Under the pieces are notes generated by a model. It was not told where the DNA came from. It searched no databases and worked only from the letters and a program-made list of their open reading frames with translations. Positions 1 through 11,607 of a stretch of DNA of 63,609 nt are shown here, piece by piece. This DNA comes from Ministeria vibrans ATCC 50519 (taxonomy: Eukaryota > Protista > Filasterea), in NCBI GenBank assembly GCA_943704425.1, contig CALSCP010001258.1, positions 1 through 63,609 on the forward strand, given 5' to 3'. Both the position numbers and the translations under genes were made by a program. Position 1 is the first letter of the stretch. Every line of letters begins with the position of its first letter.

Positions 1-1057
1 AAAAAAAAAACAAACACACAAACAAAAAAAAACAAACAAAAAAGGGATAGGGTGAAATGACTGTACCTTTCCGGTAGTTGAATCGATGGAAGGCACGAGA
101 GGAGAAAGGAGCTGGTAAACAGTAAAGAGGGAGAGGTCGATGTCGCCAGGGCCAGTGAGTTCAAAGAATTGGTCGCCGAGAGCATAGCTGAGTTCGCTGA
201 AGAAGAAGGGGAGGGAGTTGGAGGGGGCGAGCTGAGTGCCGCCGTTGCTGCAGCCGATGCGCTCACAATGGACACCGGCAAAGCCAACGGGACAAACGCA
301 TGTGTACGAGAAATGTCCGTCGACGCAGGTGCCGGAGTGCACGCAAGGGTTGGAGGCGCAGTCGTCAATGGAGACGGCGCAGACGGAGCCAGTCCAGCCA
401 GCAGGACACGAGCAAAAAGGTGTAATAGACTGGCCATCGTTAACAAAGCCGCGCGAGTGGGCGACAGGGCCGGTCCAGGTAAAGTCCGCGTAGGAGACAC
501 CGACGCCTTTAAGCTGCAGTGACTTGGTCGAGTGCCCCCCCGAGTTCTCGTGTACAAGGATATCTTCGCTGTCGTAGACGAAGCCATTCTTGACGTACGA
601 GAGGGTTCCCTCGTAGGAAATGAAGTGGGGCGTGAGCAACTCGGCGTCATCAATGAGCATGTAGCCGTCGCGCGGTCCATTTCCATTGTTTACATGACTC
701 ACCCACACAGCACCAAACCCACTTGACCCCTCGTTGGGAATGATGAGGCCGTCCAGTTCAAAAGTCAAGTAGAGAACTGCAACGTACTATCAAAAAGAAA
801 GCACAACGATAAAAAGTAAAGTGAGAGGGTTGCGAGGACGACAGTACATAGAAAAAAAGAGAGAGGAGAGAAAGAGAGTGTGTGTGTCTCTGCATGTATG
901 TATTGTGCGCGCGTGAAGGTGTAAATAGAGTGAGTGTGGGGGAGTAATTGTAACGGGTGCGTGAGGAGTATTGTGAGCGCGTGTGCGAAGTATAGAAGAG
1001 TGAGACAATGTGTGTGCGTGTGTGCGTGTGCGTGTGCGTGTGTGTGTGTGTGTGCGT

Positions 1058-1088
<31 letters not shown>

Positions 1089-1677
1089 CGAGTGAGTGTT
1101 GTGACAGCTGTGTGCAAACAGAGTGTTGTAGTGGGTGCGTGAGGAGTGTAGAAGAGAGAGAGGGTGTGCGTGTGTGCGTGTGTGTGTGCGAGGGAGTGTG
1201 GTGACAGCCTGTGTGCAAACAGAGTAATTGAACTGATTGTGAGAAGACTAAGGGCGGTACCTTGCCGAGACTTGCGTCGAATACGGGGGTCCGTGGACTG
1301 GCGAGGCGCAGCAGTTTGTAGGGCGACAGGTCGAAGCCGGCGGGCCCAACAATCTCAACACCCTCGTTGTTGTCGTCGCCCGGATCGGCGTAGTGCAGCT
1401 CGTTGATCCAAATGGGCAGCGCCGTGGGTCTGTCGCTGTTGCGGGTGCCGCCGTTGAAGCAGTCGAGGCTATTTGCGGGCCCACAGCTCGAGTGCACGAG
1501 CGGAGTGGTCGACAGGACGGACACCACACACATCCAAAAGAACACACCTAGCGGGGCGCTGTTAGGGATCGCAGCGAACACACACACAGAGACAAGAGGA
1601 ATGACAGCCGGTTGCGGCCAAACAGCGGGCAACACTGCGGTGAGGAAGCGAACAACGACCGCTTGTGGGAATCCCAT
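1..1677 (-). CDS. Secreted/membrane protein with lamin-tail-like domains (LTD) and EGF repeats; 3' end runs off the window
   Basis: Exon 1 is 1677-1261 (hydrophobic N-terminus, CFNGGT, WINELHYADPGDDNNEGVEIVGPAGFDLS). Exon 2 is 786-67 (SLQLKGVGVSYADFTWTGP, CSCPAGWTGSVC, EGF IDDCASNPCVHSGTCVDGHFSYTCVCPVGFAGVHC, and the start of a second LTD, FFSELSY...FFELTGPGDIDLS). Splice sites are GT-AG. Confidence 0.8.
1008..1090. repeat. (GT)n/(GTGTGC)n microsatellite in intron
   Basis: Seen directly in the sequence. Confidence 0.95.
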
Positions 1678-2194
1678 TGTGGTATTCTTATCGTTTCTTA
1701 AATAATTATGCGAACTCGTGCTGTGAGCGCACAGACACGCAGAGAGAGGGAGGGAGACGGGGAACGGTCGGCAAGAGCAAGAGGGAGTACTAGCACAGTG
1801 TCGCCGACGACTGGAGCGGCGTGGCTGGTCGACAGCCAAAGTGAGTGTGAACGTTATTATTTCATCAAAATAGTACAGAGTTGGAAAGAACCCAAAGAGC
1901 GCTGTTTTCGACAGTCTCCATGCCGAAAAGCAAATGAAACAAAAGCACACATGTGACCTGCGGTGTTTGGAGGGAAGCTCGTACCCATCTTGTGTGTGTT
2001 GGAAAGCGAAAAACGCCAATGGACGGAGAGTGGCGACTCGCAGGGCGTTCAGTGGTGTTCCCAAGCACCCAGAGGCCAGAGCAATGTGGATAGCCCAAAG
2101 AAAGAGGCGAAACAAAAGACTTGACTCGGTGTTCACTTTTGCGATCATAGATATGAGACGACAATTGATCACACACACAACTTTTGTTTTCACA

Positions 2195-3000
2195 ATGGAG
2201 GACGAACGGCGTCGGTTGATCCCGCTGATGGTGATCGGGGGAACGCTTGCGGCGGTGTACATTGGGTTCTACCCGTTTGCGTCGGTGGTGCTGCACAAGC
2301 ACTCACTGCCCTTCGTGCCCGCCAACCCCAGACAGATCCGCCGTGTCCTGGGCCTGATGAAACGCCGCGGGCCGCTGCTGGACATTGGCTCTGGCGATGG
2401 GAGAGTGGTCATTGCGGCTGCGAAGGAGCAGGTGAGAGAGACTTGATCGTTCGCCAAAACGTCTTTCACACGACTGGCACAGGAGCGTCGAGGCGTCGGC
2501 GTCGAAATCAACATATGGCTTGTGTTGTGGGCGCGTCTTCAGGCGCTGCGCCACGGCGTGTCGAAACGCACCAGCTTCATCAAGACAGATTTATGGAAGG
2601 TTCCTTCTTTGATGATCAGTTGCACTGTCGTCTCATTGTCATCATTCGTTGCAGTACGACATTCGGGGCTACAAGACAATTGTCGTCTTTGGCGTGCCTG
2701 AAATGATGGACGATCTTACAGACAAGTTAATACGAGAAATGGATCAGGATGCTGAGGTAGGCAGAGAGAGAGAGAGAGGACACGATAGTGCACCTTTCAA
2801 TCGAATCGTTGCAGGTGATTGCCTGTCGATTTCCACTTGCGCACAAGTGGAAGCCAGCTGAGGCACTACCAGACTCGGCAGGCACACAGGGACTCCATGG
2901 CGTGTGGCGGTATGTGAGCAAACGGCCCGATATGTTCGCAAAGACGGCAAAAGGCACACAAGAAGATCGGGACCAGAGCGAGGGACGGAGAAGTGTATAA
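2195..3000 (+). CDS. FAM173B: FAM173-family mitochondrial lysine methyltransferase (ATPSCKMT/ANTKMT-like), 4 exons
   Basis: N-terminal TM segment, LPFVPA, LLDIGSGDGRVVIAAA, GVEINIWLV, IVVFGVPEMM, VIACRFPL and VWRY motifs typical of FAM173A/B. Paralog assignment is uncertain. Confidence 0.88.
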
Positions 3001-3120
3001 GATTTCAATTTCATTTGTAAGGAAAATATGTTTGCAAAGACGGCAAGAGGCACACCCGAAAATCGGGACCAGATCGAGGGACGGAGAAGTGTATAAGATT
3101 CAATTTCATTTGTAAGGAAA
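2930..3120 (+). repeat. Tandem duplication (~96 bp x2) of the FAM173 last codons and 3' flank
   Basis: Copies at 2930-3025 and 3026-3120 differ by a few substitutions and one indel. Confidence 0.95.
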
Positions 3121-3122
3121 AC

Positions 3123-5106
3123 TCAGGCGGGATCATTGCACTGTGCGCCCACACAGGAACGAAGAAAGTCAAGGCGCTTGCGGTAGTGGGAGACTCGCTC
3201 GGAGGGAAGAGACGAAAGGGTGTTGTTGAGCTGGTACGGATCGGAGTGCATGTCAAAGAACTCTGTGTGGTAGAATGTGTTGGTCTTCTTGTCGTCTACA
3301 GCGCAGTGTGTCAGCCAATCAATCAATCAATTGTAAATGAGTGTCAGCGGTGAGTGTGTTTGATGAAGAATCAAATGAGTGTTTTTTTTTAGTGTACCCC
3401 ATGTTCTGTAGTAGTCACAGAAGATTGAGTTTTCGTCGTCGTTGAGAGTGCGCACGCACGACCAAGTGTTGTTAACGCTGTCCTGCCACCAAAAAAAGGG
3501 ACCTACAGATACACACGGAGAGTGAGTGACTACATCTCTCGTTCTCTCTCTCTCTGACCTCCAGTGTAGAAAGGGGGAGTGGAGAAGGAGTTGTTTCCAA
3601 TGTGGGTGGGCGCATCCTGACCCCAGTACTCGGTGAGACAGTCCTTGCGAGGTGGAGAGTCGGGCGGGGACATAGCAGGATGAAGGGCGGACGCAAAGGA
3701 GCGGCCGTCAAAGGATGGGGGCAAGGGAGAGACGCCGGCAAGGTCAAGAAGGGTTGGAGCAATGTCGATGTTCTGAGTGATGAGAGGGGAGCGACGGGGA
3801 ACGGACGAAGCGTGAGGGGTGCGCACGTACAGCGGCAGACGAATGTTCTCCTCGTATGGCAGTCGCTTGTCGTACGGCATCGCAAAGTTCCCCAGATGGT
3901 ACCCGTTGTCGCCCGTGTAAATACTACGCAGTGCAAAAGAAGGTGTAAGCCGACGGAAGAGTGAGTCTCTATAAAAAAAAGGGTGTACATGTATGTGTTG
4001 TCAAGTGCGTTATGTTTGCGCAGGAGCTCCACCACATCCTCCACCATGTCGTCGACGGATTGCAGCACTTGAAGGCGACGCCGGAACGTCAGGTCGCTGT
4101 AGTTAATCTCAGATTCGTTCATGGTGCCTTGTTCCCACACAAGCCAGTGCTTTCCTTTGGTCGCTGTGTTCCAGTTGGGTGTGCGAGGTGCCTTGGCGTC
4201 CGGGAACAGCGTGGAGTACTGCGGGGCGGGATCGTTGGGGCCGTGACAGGCGGGTGAGGAGAGCATCGCAAAGAGTGGCGTGTCGGGACTGTTGCTGAGC
4301 TGCGAGTCGATCCACGACAGCGACGTGTTCTTGACCAGGTCGGTGAAGTAGTCGTGCTCGTAGTCGTGTCCGTGTTGCACAGTTTTGCCATTCATCGACA
4401 CAGCATAGTCGTAGTACCGCGAGTTGCCCTGCAGACCCACCCAGTGGTCCCAGCCGGCCGGGACATGCTCAAGACCGCCCACTGCACAACCACAAACAAA
4501 CAGTTTGGTGTTGTTGGTCGCACCGCAAAACCACACAAAGACACAAAAGGGCCCGGGGCGCGTGTATTACCTTTGGGGTTGCCGTACGCGTTGAGGTACT
4601 TGCCGGCAAAGCTTGTAGCGTAGCCGGCGTGCTTGAGAAAGACAGACATTGTCGAGTTGGCTTCAATGCGACGCTGCCAGTCGTCGCTGGAGCAGCCGTC
4701 GGGGATGCCGTTCTGGTACGTGCGCGTGTTGTGCTGGAAGCGCCCGCTCAGGAACGACGCGCGGCTCGGGCAGCAGATGGGAGTGGCGACGATCATATTG
4801 CTAAGAGAGAGTGTGTGGTTGTCACGTCGCACTCTCCTCCTTCCCCTCCCCTCCTCCACTCAACACGTACTCAAACACCACGCCGTGGTCGCCCCCCAGC
4901 AGACGCGTCGTCTTGGGCATGTAGTCCATTGAGCCCAGCGTCAAATCCTGATCATCAGTGAGCCTAACGCGAACGGAGAGAGAGACAGGTTGAAATTGGT
5001 GTGTGTTATGGTTTGGGTTGCGATACACAAAAATCAAATGAGGCTTGGCAGGAGCAGCAAGCGCACCAGCAATGCCAAGCAATACAAACAAGGAGTAGAG
5101 GTGCAT
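3123..5106 (-). CDS. GNS: N-acetylglucosamine-6-sulfatase, multi-exon
   Basis: Signal peptide, LTDDQD, sulfatase signature CCPSRASFLSG, GKYLNAY, PAGWDHWVGLQGNSRYYDY, RRLQVLQSVDD, DKRLPYE, NIDIAPT, DPYQLNN. Confidence 0.93.
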
Positions 5107-5525
5107 GCTCCAGGCTAAGAATTACACTGATGACTGATCTGATATTTATTTCGTTTTATTCATTCATCGAAAAGAAATTAATCTTATAATATTTTTCATT
5201 GTCGGTTTTGTCGATAGATCTTGGGGAGACAAATTTTGAATCAATTTCCTGTAGGCGCCGACAGAAGATTGTTGTCTAAAAATTGAACAATGAGTAATGT
5301 TTTTAAAAAATCTCCGTTGATTGTTTGCGGATAATTTTCTCCTCGTTGTCGGTTCTTTGGTTGTTTGTCGACGCTCTACCATCACCATGGTATTTCTCCT
5401 TTTATGACACTCTGTCTCAGACAATCACCTTTTCAGCATGATTTAGCTCAGATTTTGCGGACTGGGTAAGGATCAAACGCGCATTGAAGAGTGTTTTCAA
5501 AAGAAAGGTTTTTGTACTTGTTGCT

Positions 5526-7323
5526 TCATTTCATCTCCGCTACCGCGTTTGAACGGCCCTGAGCCACCTTTGAACGACGACAAGGGCGCCCCGCAGATCG
5601 ATGCAACGGTAGCAACGATGTGCTTTTTTTCTGTCGTGCATCCCCCTGCTGTCTCGGCGCAGGTGGGGGTGGGATGCCTTCGTGCGGGGTTCGAAGGAGA
5701 GGCGCACTCGAAATGGTCCGTCGGTCGACAACAATGGGAGCGCTCAGTGACGTTTCCTCACTTTCTTTTACCTCGTAAACCTTAATTGGATCACCTTCCA
5801 CAACCTGTGGAGGTGCAGCCCAAGCCACATGCTGGTGCAGGACCAGCCCCAACGGGGCAGATACGTGTTTTTCCTCCACTGCCGTCTTTGGCTTCTCCTT
5901 CCGCTCGCGCTTGCTATTCTTTTCCTTGATGTGTGGCTGAAACATCCATTTCCCTGGAGTTGGCATACGAGAGCTCAACAACTCCTCGGGACTCGACGAT
6001 TTCTTTTTGCCACTCTCCTTTGCCTGCATGAATAAGTTTGTGTCAGTCTCTTTCTTATGAACCGCATGAATTCATTGTGTCACACCTTCAATTTGAATTC
6101 CAGAACTCCCTTTGCGACCATGTGAAAGACAGCGTCAACGTTAATATTCAGCTCGACACTGCACTCAACAAACGCGTACGCGTTGATTCCAAGTGCCATT
6201 TGTTGACCTTGCGCACGACCAACAGTCTGAAAGAGCAAAAGACGTATTAATTTTACAAAGAATAATAAGAATAAGAATAATAATAATAAGAATAATATAA
6301 GAAGAATAATAAGAATAAGAATCATATAAGAAGAAGAATAATAATAAGAATAATATAAGAAGAATAATAAGAATAATAATAATAATAATTGAGTTTGCAA
6401 GGCGATCTGGCTGTGTCTTTGCATGGTGACTGTAACATTAATAAATGGGTTGTATATTTTTTTCGTTCTTCTTATGATTATTATAGTTTTCATACCTTTT
6501 GCTGGTCGTCGTTGTACTTTTCGATGTTTGTGGCTACTAAAATCACTGGCACTTTGGGCAAAGAGCGAATCACCTCGGTGTTCCAGTCCATAATGCTGCT
6601 AAAGGACTCGGGACAGTCCGCGGAGTAACACAGAAGGACACAATGGACGTCTATAGAGTCCACGTATATGTTTTAGGGTTCTCCGCAATTTGTTTTCTTA
6701 CCTTGATGGTCGCTGAGCTCGCCCACGAGGATATCGTCACCGTTGTCAGACGTCTCCCAAAGGAGAAGATCCATCTCACCCTCAGGTATGACTTGGACGC
6801 CATTGATACAAGGTGCAGGAATACGCTTGCGCGCGTTCTCGAAAGTCTAACCAAAATCACCAAACATTCATTTTCAAATGTCACACGCACACAGGAAAAC
6901 AACAGTAGCACGTAGATGTTTTAAAAATGGGTTTAAAAGCGTGACGGGCATTGAATGGTATTAATATGAAATAAATATAAGTTTCGTCTCCGTTTCGTCG
7001 TCGAGTTTCTTTCGCGTACCATTGGAAGGGGCTCTGTCGGACACTTTGGAATATTTCCGTGAGCAAATGCACGCAGCAGCACAGTCTATGCATGTCATGT
7101 GTAAGATTTTATCAATTTGAGGCACTTTAATGGAAAATATGAAAGATCGAGAGAATTGTCGGAAAAACATTGTCGAGTCGACCAGCTGGGTTTATTTTTT
7201 TATTTTATCGCTCACCTTTGCGCTCGACGGATCTCCAAGAGTCAGCACCTTGGCAGTGTAAATTATTTTACGCTGCTCTATTCCAGTCGGAATTCCCGTC
7301 TTGAACGGTTTGCAGTGGCTCAT
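5526..7323 (-). CDS. Atypical Rho-like small GTPase (probable pseudo-GTPase) with C-terminal low-complexity extension, 6 exons
   Basis: Hand-spliced in frame: MSHCKP...KVLTLGDPSSAK|TVLLRAFAHGNIPKCPTEPLPM|TFENARK...LLLWETSDN...|DVHCVLLCYSADCPESFSSIMDWNTEVIRSLPKVPVILVATNIE...|...QGQQMALGINAYAFVECSVELNINVDAVF...|AKESGKKK...AEMK*. Confidence 0.8.
6389..6473 (+). mobile_element. Truncated copy of (TTC)n-tailed interspersed repeat (putative non-LTR retroposon)
   Basis: TTGAGTTTGCAAGGCG...AATAAATGGGTTGTAT matches the copies at 7672-7880 and 9675-9763. Confidence 0.75.
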
Positions 7324-7516
7324 GAGAATGACAAGAAAAGGATAAAATAAGTGATTTTTAAATTTCAATGGGTTTGTTTGGTTTCCGATTAGTATGCCCC
7401 CTGAAATTTATCTTTTAGCATGTTATCTTCAGCTCAACCAACACGCCAATAAAAGATTTTTGGATCGTTTGTGTCGAAGAAACAGGGGCATTTTTTTTTC
7501 GTCAACTATGCGTTGG

Positions 7517-7597
7517 TAATCAAAAACTCATTGTTATTCAAAATATTCAAAAACTCATTGTGATTCAAAGTAATCAAAAACTCATTGTTATTCAAAA
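7517..7597. repeat. ~27-bp tandem repeat x3 (CAAAAACTCATTGTTATTCAAA)
   Basis: Seen directly, upstream of the Rho-like gene. Confidence 0.9.
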
Positions 7598-7671
7598 ATT
7601 AATTATATTTTTTATTGACGATAAATTGAGAATGTATTCTTTATTTTTGAAAAAACCAAATTAATAATAAT

Positions 7672-7880
7672 AGAAGAAGAAGAAGAAGAATACAACCCAT
7701 TTATTAATGATACAGTCACCACGCGAAGACACAGCCAGACCGCCTTGCAAACTCAACCGAAACTCTAGAGGTAACATGGGAGAACAGTGGCAGGTCATAG
7801 TGCTGTGTCGACGCTATCCAGTGAGGCAATCGCAATGGTACGCCATACCCCCAGTGGAGGCTTAGGGCTCTGACACCATG
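7672..7880 (-). mobile_element. Longest copy (~200 bp) of the (TTC)n-tailed interspersed repeat
   Basis: The reverse complement ends in AATAAATGGGTTGTATTC(TTC)n. AATAATAATAG flanks both sides, a possible TSD. Confidence 0.78.
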
Positions 7881-7959
7881 AATAATAATAGTAAGGATGA
7901 TGATTATAATAATAATTTGTTATAATTGTGTAATTCAAAGGGTCGATGTGTTTTCTTCT

Positions 7960-9533
7960 TCATTTTCTCTGCTTGGACTTCTTTCGCTCGCTGTGACGTT
8001 TTGGCGCCGGCACAATGTCAACTTTTGAGTTATTCGGTGCTTTGCTAAGCTTGGTGCGAATCTTCTTGGCAATCGCACTTGGGTGAGCGCTTCCACCCTT
8101 CTTCATGGACGGCTAAACAACACAAACAGTTTAACTATTATTAAGACTTAGTACTCGTTTTACCCCCTTCCGCGTGGCAACCGAAGTCACCGGGGCTCCC
8201 ACTCTCTTGTGCATGGACACAAGATGCTCCACGTCGACTGCATCTCGCTCGTCCGCTTGGTCCTCCGCCTCGTCCTCACTGTACACCACCTCATCGGTGG
8301 TGCACGCACCACTGTCCATCATGACTGGAAAACACTCTGACTCCTGATCGCCGATTGTGCTGTCGTTGCTGCGTCTCTCTTCAGGTGCCGACTCAGTGCA
8401 AAACAGCTGAAAATGCTAAAATGTACAACATTTGGCATTGGTTTTTGGACAATGGCCGTGCATAAAAAAAAATACCGACGCTCGCGATGCTTGTCTCTTC
8501 TCCTCCAACATGTCGTCAATTTTGAGTGCGACAGCGTGCGAAGCTTGGACGCATTGTTCAAGTTTGTCGGCGCACGCCTCCCACTCTGCAACACAACGTT
8601 GGAATTGAGCTCTGTGAAGAAGGTAATTTCGCCCTGTTCTTCCTCACCTTCCTTTCCTTCTTGACGCGACTTGGCGACAAGATTTCCAATCTCTTTGAGA
8701 GCACCTTTGATTTCGGAGAGCTGCTCTTTTGTCTGCAAAAGAGGTGAAAAATAGGGGATGAGGAAAAGCGCGGCAAAGTAGAACACTTGAAAGAAAACCT
8801 GTTTGGACAGTTTCTGTCGCGCTTCGTCTTGAACGCACTGATAGTCCTGCAGTCGTTGGTCAAAACCTTTAACTTGAGACACAAGAGGTGCAATCGCAGC
8901 TGCAATAGACTTTGAAATGGCCTCCGAGACAGTTTCGTCGACAGCGACCGATGGTTTCGGGTTCGCGTCGGTCACCGGCGCCACTTGGTCGTCCATAGGA
9001 GGATTCTTGCGGAAAAGAGGACTAAGCGTGCCGTATGCCTGACTGAGACTGCCGCTGGCGCTTTGCTACGAGCAACAGTGGTCGTTTTGAGTCGTTTCGT
9101 TTCTGTTTCGCTTACGTCGGTCAAACTGTCGCCACCCCACGAAAACGTCGACTGGGCACTGGGCTTTCGGCCGATTCGCTGTTCCATAGCAGCAGCAGAG
9201 ACTGACGCTTGTAATGCGCGATGAGCTACGGTGTGTGGCTACGAGACACACACACACAAGCAGTGTTTTTTTCTTCGTTTCTTTGTGTCGTTGACGCGTT
9301 TTCGATTCGTTTTCGACTTACTCTTTCGCTGACAGACATGTCTCGCGCGGAGAGTTGCGGCTCTTGTAAACATGAGGCAGTATGGCGTGAGGCAGGGCGT
9401 GGGGTAGGACGAGTTGAGCGACTGGGAGGGAGTAGCCTGAGAGGAGAGCGAAAAAAAAAACGAATTATTCATTATCAATTGTGTTTTCAGGGGACAGAGC
9501 AATGATTGTAGATTGAGCAGCGATTCGTACCAT
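7960..9533 (-). CDS. Hypothetical multi-exon protein with central coiled-coil and basic C-terminus
   Basis: Series of GT-AG-flanked open segments (MEQRIGRK..., ...SQVKGFDQRLQDYQCVQDEARQKLSKQ|TKEQLSEIKGALKEIGNLV..., ...KRHSERKKSKQRK*). No family recognised; start uncertain. Confidence 0.5.
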
Positions 9534-9674
9534 GAGGGCGTGTCGTAGCAACGACCAGGAGAGAGCTCATTGTAGCTCGACATGAGAAGAAGCAAAAGAA
9601 TTAACTGATAAAAAAGAAGAAGAAGACATTTTTTTATCATTAATTCAATATATNNNNAATTCAATAATTAATGG

Positions 9675-9763
9675 TCTAGAGTTTCGGTTGAGTTTGCAAG
9701 GCGGTCTGGCTGTGTCTTCGCGTGGTGACTGTATCATTAATATGGGTTGTATTCTTCTTCTTC
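9675..9763 (+). mobile_element. Truncated copy of (TTC)n-tailed interspersed repeat
   Basis: Near-identical to the reverse complement of 7680-7770. Confidence 0.78.
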
Positions 9764-10794
9764 AATAATATGGAAAATAAATGTTCATTGTTCAATTTGT
9801 CTCCAGGAAGTCTCCAGCTGGACTCTTGAGTCTTTGAAGCTCATTACCGTGTTTGAATCTTGATTGGAATATAAAAGGAAATCAAAGAAGCTCAATCGAA
9901 CATTGAGGGACTCATCCATATAATAAATTATTCTGAATGAATACAATCAAAAATTACAATAATACAATTAATTATTATTATACAAAACAAACGCGAAAAA
10001 ATTATTATTCGTCTTCTCTGGACCTTGTTAGCACCACTGCCGTGCTCCCGACTGCCCCATGTATGGTGCACCTTACTTGACACACGCACTACCATCACCA
10101 TGTAATTTTTTGCCATGAGGATAAATACCACGATTGAGCAAATTATTTTTCTGGACTTGACAGGGCACAGTGAAAACCCGAACGAAAGGAGACACAAACG
10201 AGTCGGGCCCTCTTGCGGGGGCGCCGACTAACACTATTGTTCCTTGGGAAGGTCTGAGACGGGACCGCTTTTGTCGAGCGAGAGGCTTGGCTCCGTAATG
10301 GGGCGCGCTACCACCAGCAACAGACTAACCTTCTGTCATACTCGCTGATTTGGCAACAAATCCCGTGCAAGACCGTGACTCGGCCTGGATGGAACAGGCG
10401 GAGGCACGGGACACGGTCGGGCGAGTTGAGACTAGGATTGGCTGGAAGAGGGGTGCGGTCAGCAAATCAAGTACAATGTTTGGGATCGGTGAGGTTCTCA
10501 CGAGCCGCCGACCACTCAATTCAGACTATCTCTCTGTGTCCATGTCAGTCCACTCTTTTTTTTTTTTTTCCTTTCGTTTTGAAAATGTTTCAACATATTG
10601 TAATACTATTGCAATGATTGTAATTTGTATGTGTGGCTGTGTGTGTAGTGACGCTACCAAGTGCATCAATTTTTTTTTAATTATATTAATTATTTTTAAT
10701 TTTGATGTTATTATTATTATTATTATAATAAAGTACACAAAAGTTGTTTACATTTTCTCTCATTCCTCCTCACGCATGTGTTGTGACCCACCGG

Positions 10795-11607
10795 TCAAGC
10801 GGCTTCGGTGGTCTCGACAGGAGGCGGGTGTGGCTGCTGGTTGTGCTGGTGGTCAGAAGGAGGAGCGGCGTGAAGCAGAGGGCGATGGCCAAAAAAATGG
10901 TTGTCTAGGTAACGGTAGCCTTGGATCAGCTGGACGCCTTCATTGACGGCGTGGCAGGCAAACAACAGTCCATTGGCTGGTCGTACGCGGATGGCGAAGC
11001 GCATGAAAAGGCCCGAGTAGATGCACAGAGCTGAAAGGAGCGGAGGAGTCCATGTGTGAGTAAACAGTCTCTCTTCTGAGTCTTCTCAGGGTTGGAACGA
11101 GGTTGGAACTGGCGCGGCACAGCCAACGTTCACACACAGGCCCACTAAAAGCGATTCTAGGCCGTGCGCGACACCACACAGTTTGATTCGTTGGGGCGCT
11201 TAGAGTCTTCCGCACGACGTCGCGCGCAGTCCCACATTGCACGTCTCCGATACAAAGCAGCCCACCATGCACATATGCGCACACACACGTGCAGCCGCAG
11301 TGCTGGCCGGCACAGACGAACGGCCCAGGCGCCGAGGCGAGCAGCGCCACGCCAGATCAGAGCCGATCACGCTTGTTCGCCTTACCGAGCGTCATAGGAC
11401 CACTGATGTTCTTGGCATCCTTCTTCAGATCGATAAAGGCAGCAATAGGCAGCCCCCAGTTGGCAACGGGCCCCCAGAAGTGCTACATCAACGGCACGAG
11501 GGGTTACGACGGCCAGAAACACCCAGAATGCGACTCACTGTGCTCATGAGGTATTCGCGTGTCTCTTTTGACCGCAATGACGCTCCCATACGCCGCACAT
11601 GATTCAT
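10795..11607 (-). CDS. MPC1: Mitochondrial pyruvate carrier 1, 3 exons
   Basis: REYLMST|[32 protein letters not shown]|[41 protein letters not shown]. Confidence 0.95.

Noticed and set aside
7517-7597. CRISPR-like array
   Set aside because: Direct tandem repeats without unique spacers, in a eukaryotic context with no cas genes.
7680-9763. Autonomous DNA transposon with terminal inverted repeats
   Set aside because: No transposase motif is present; the repeat occurs singly elsewhere with variable 5' truncation, and the left copy extends ~110 bp further inward.
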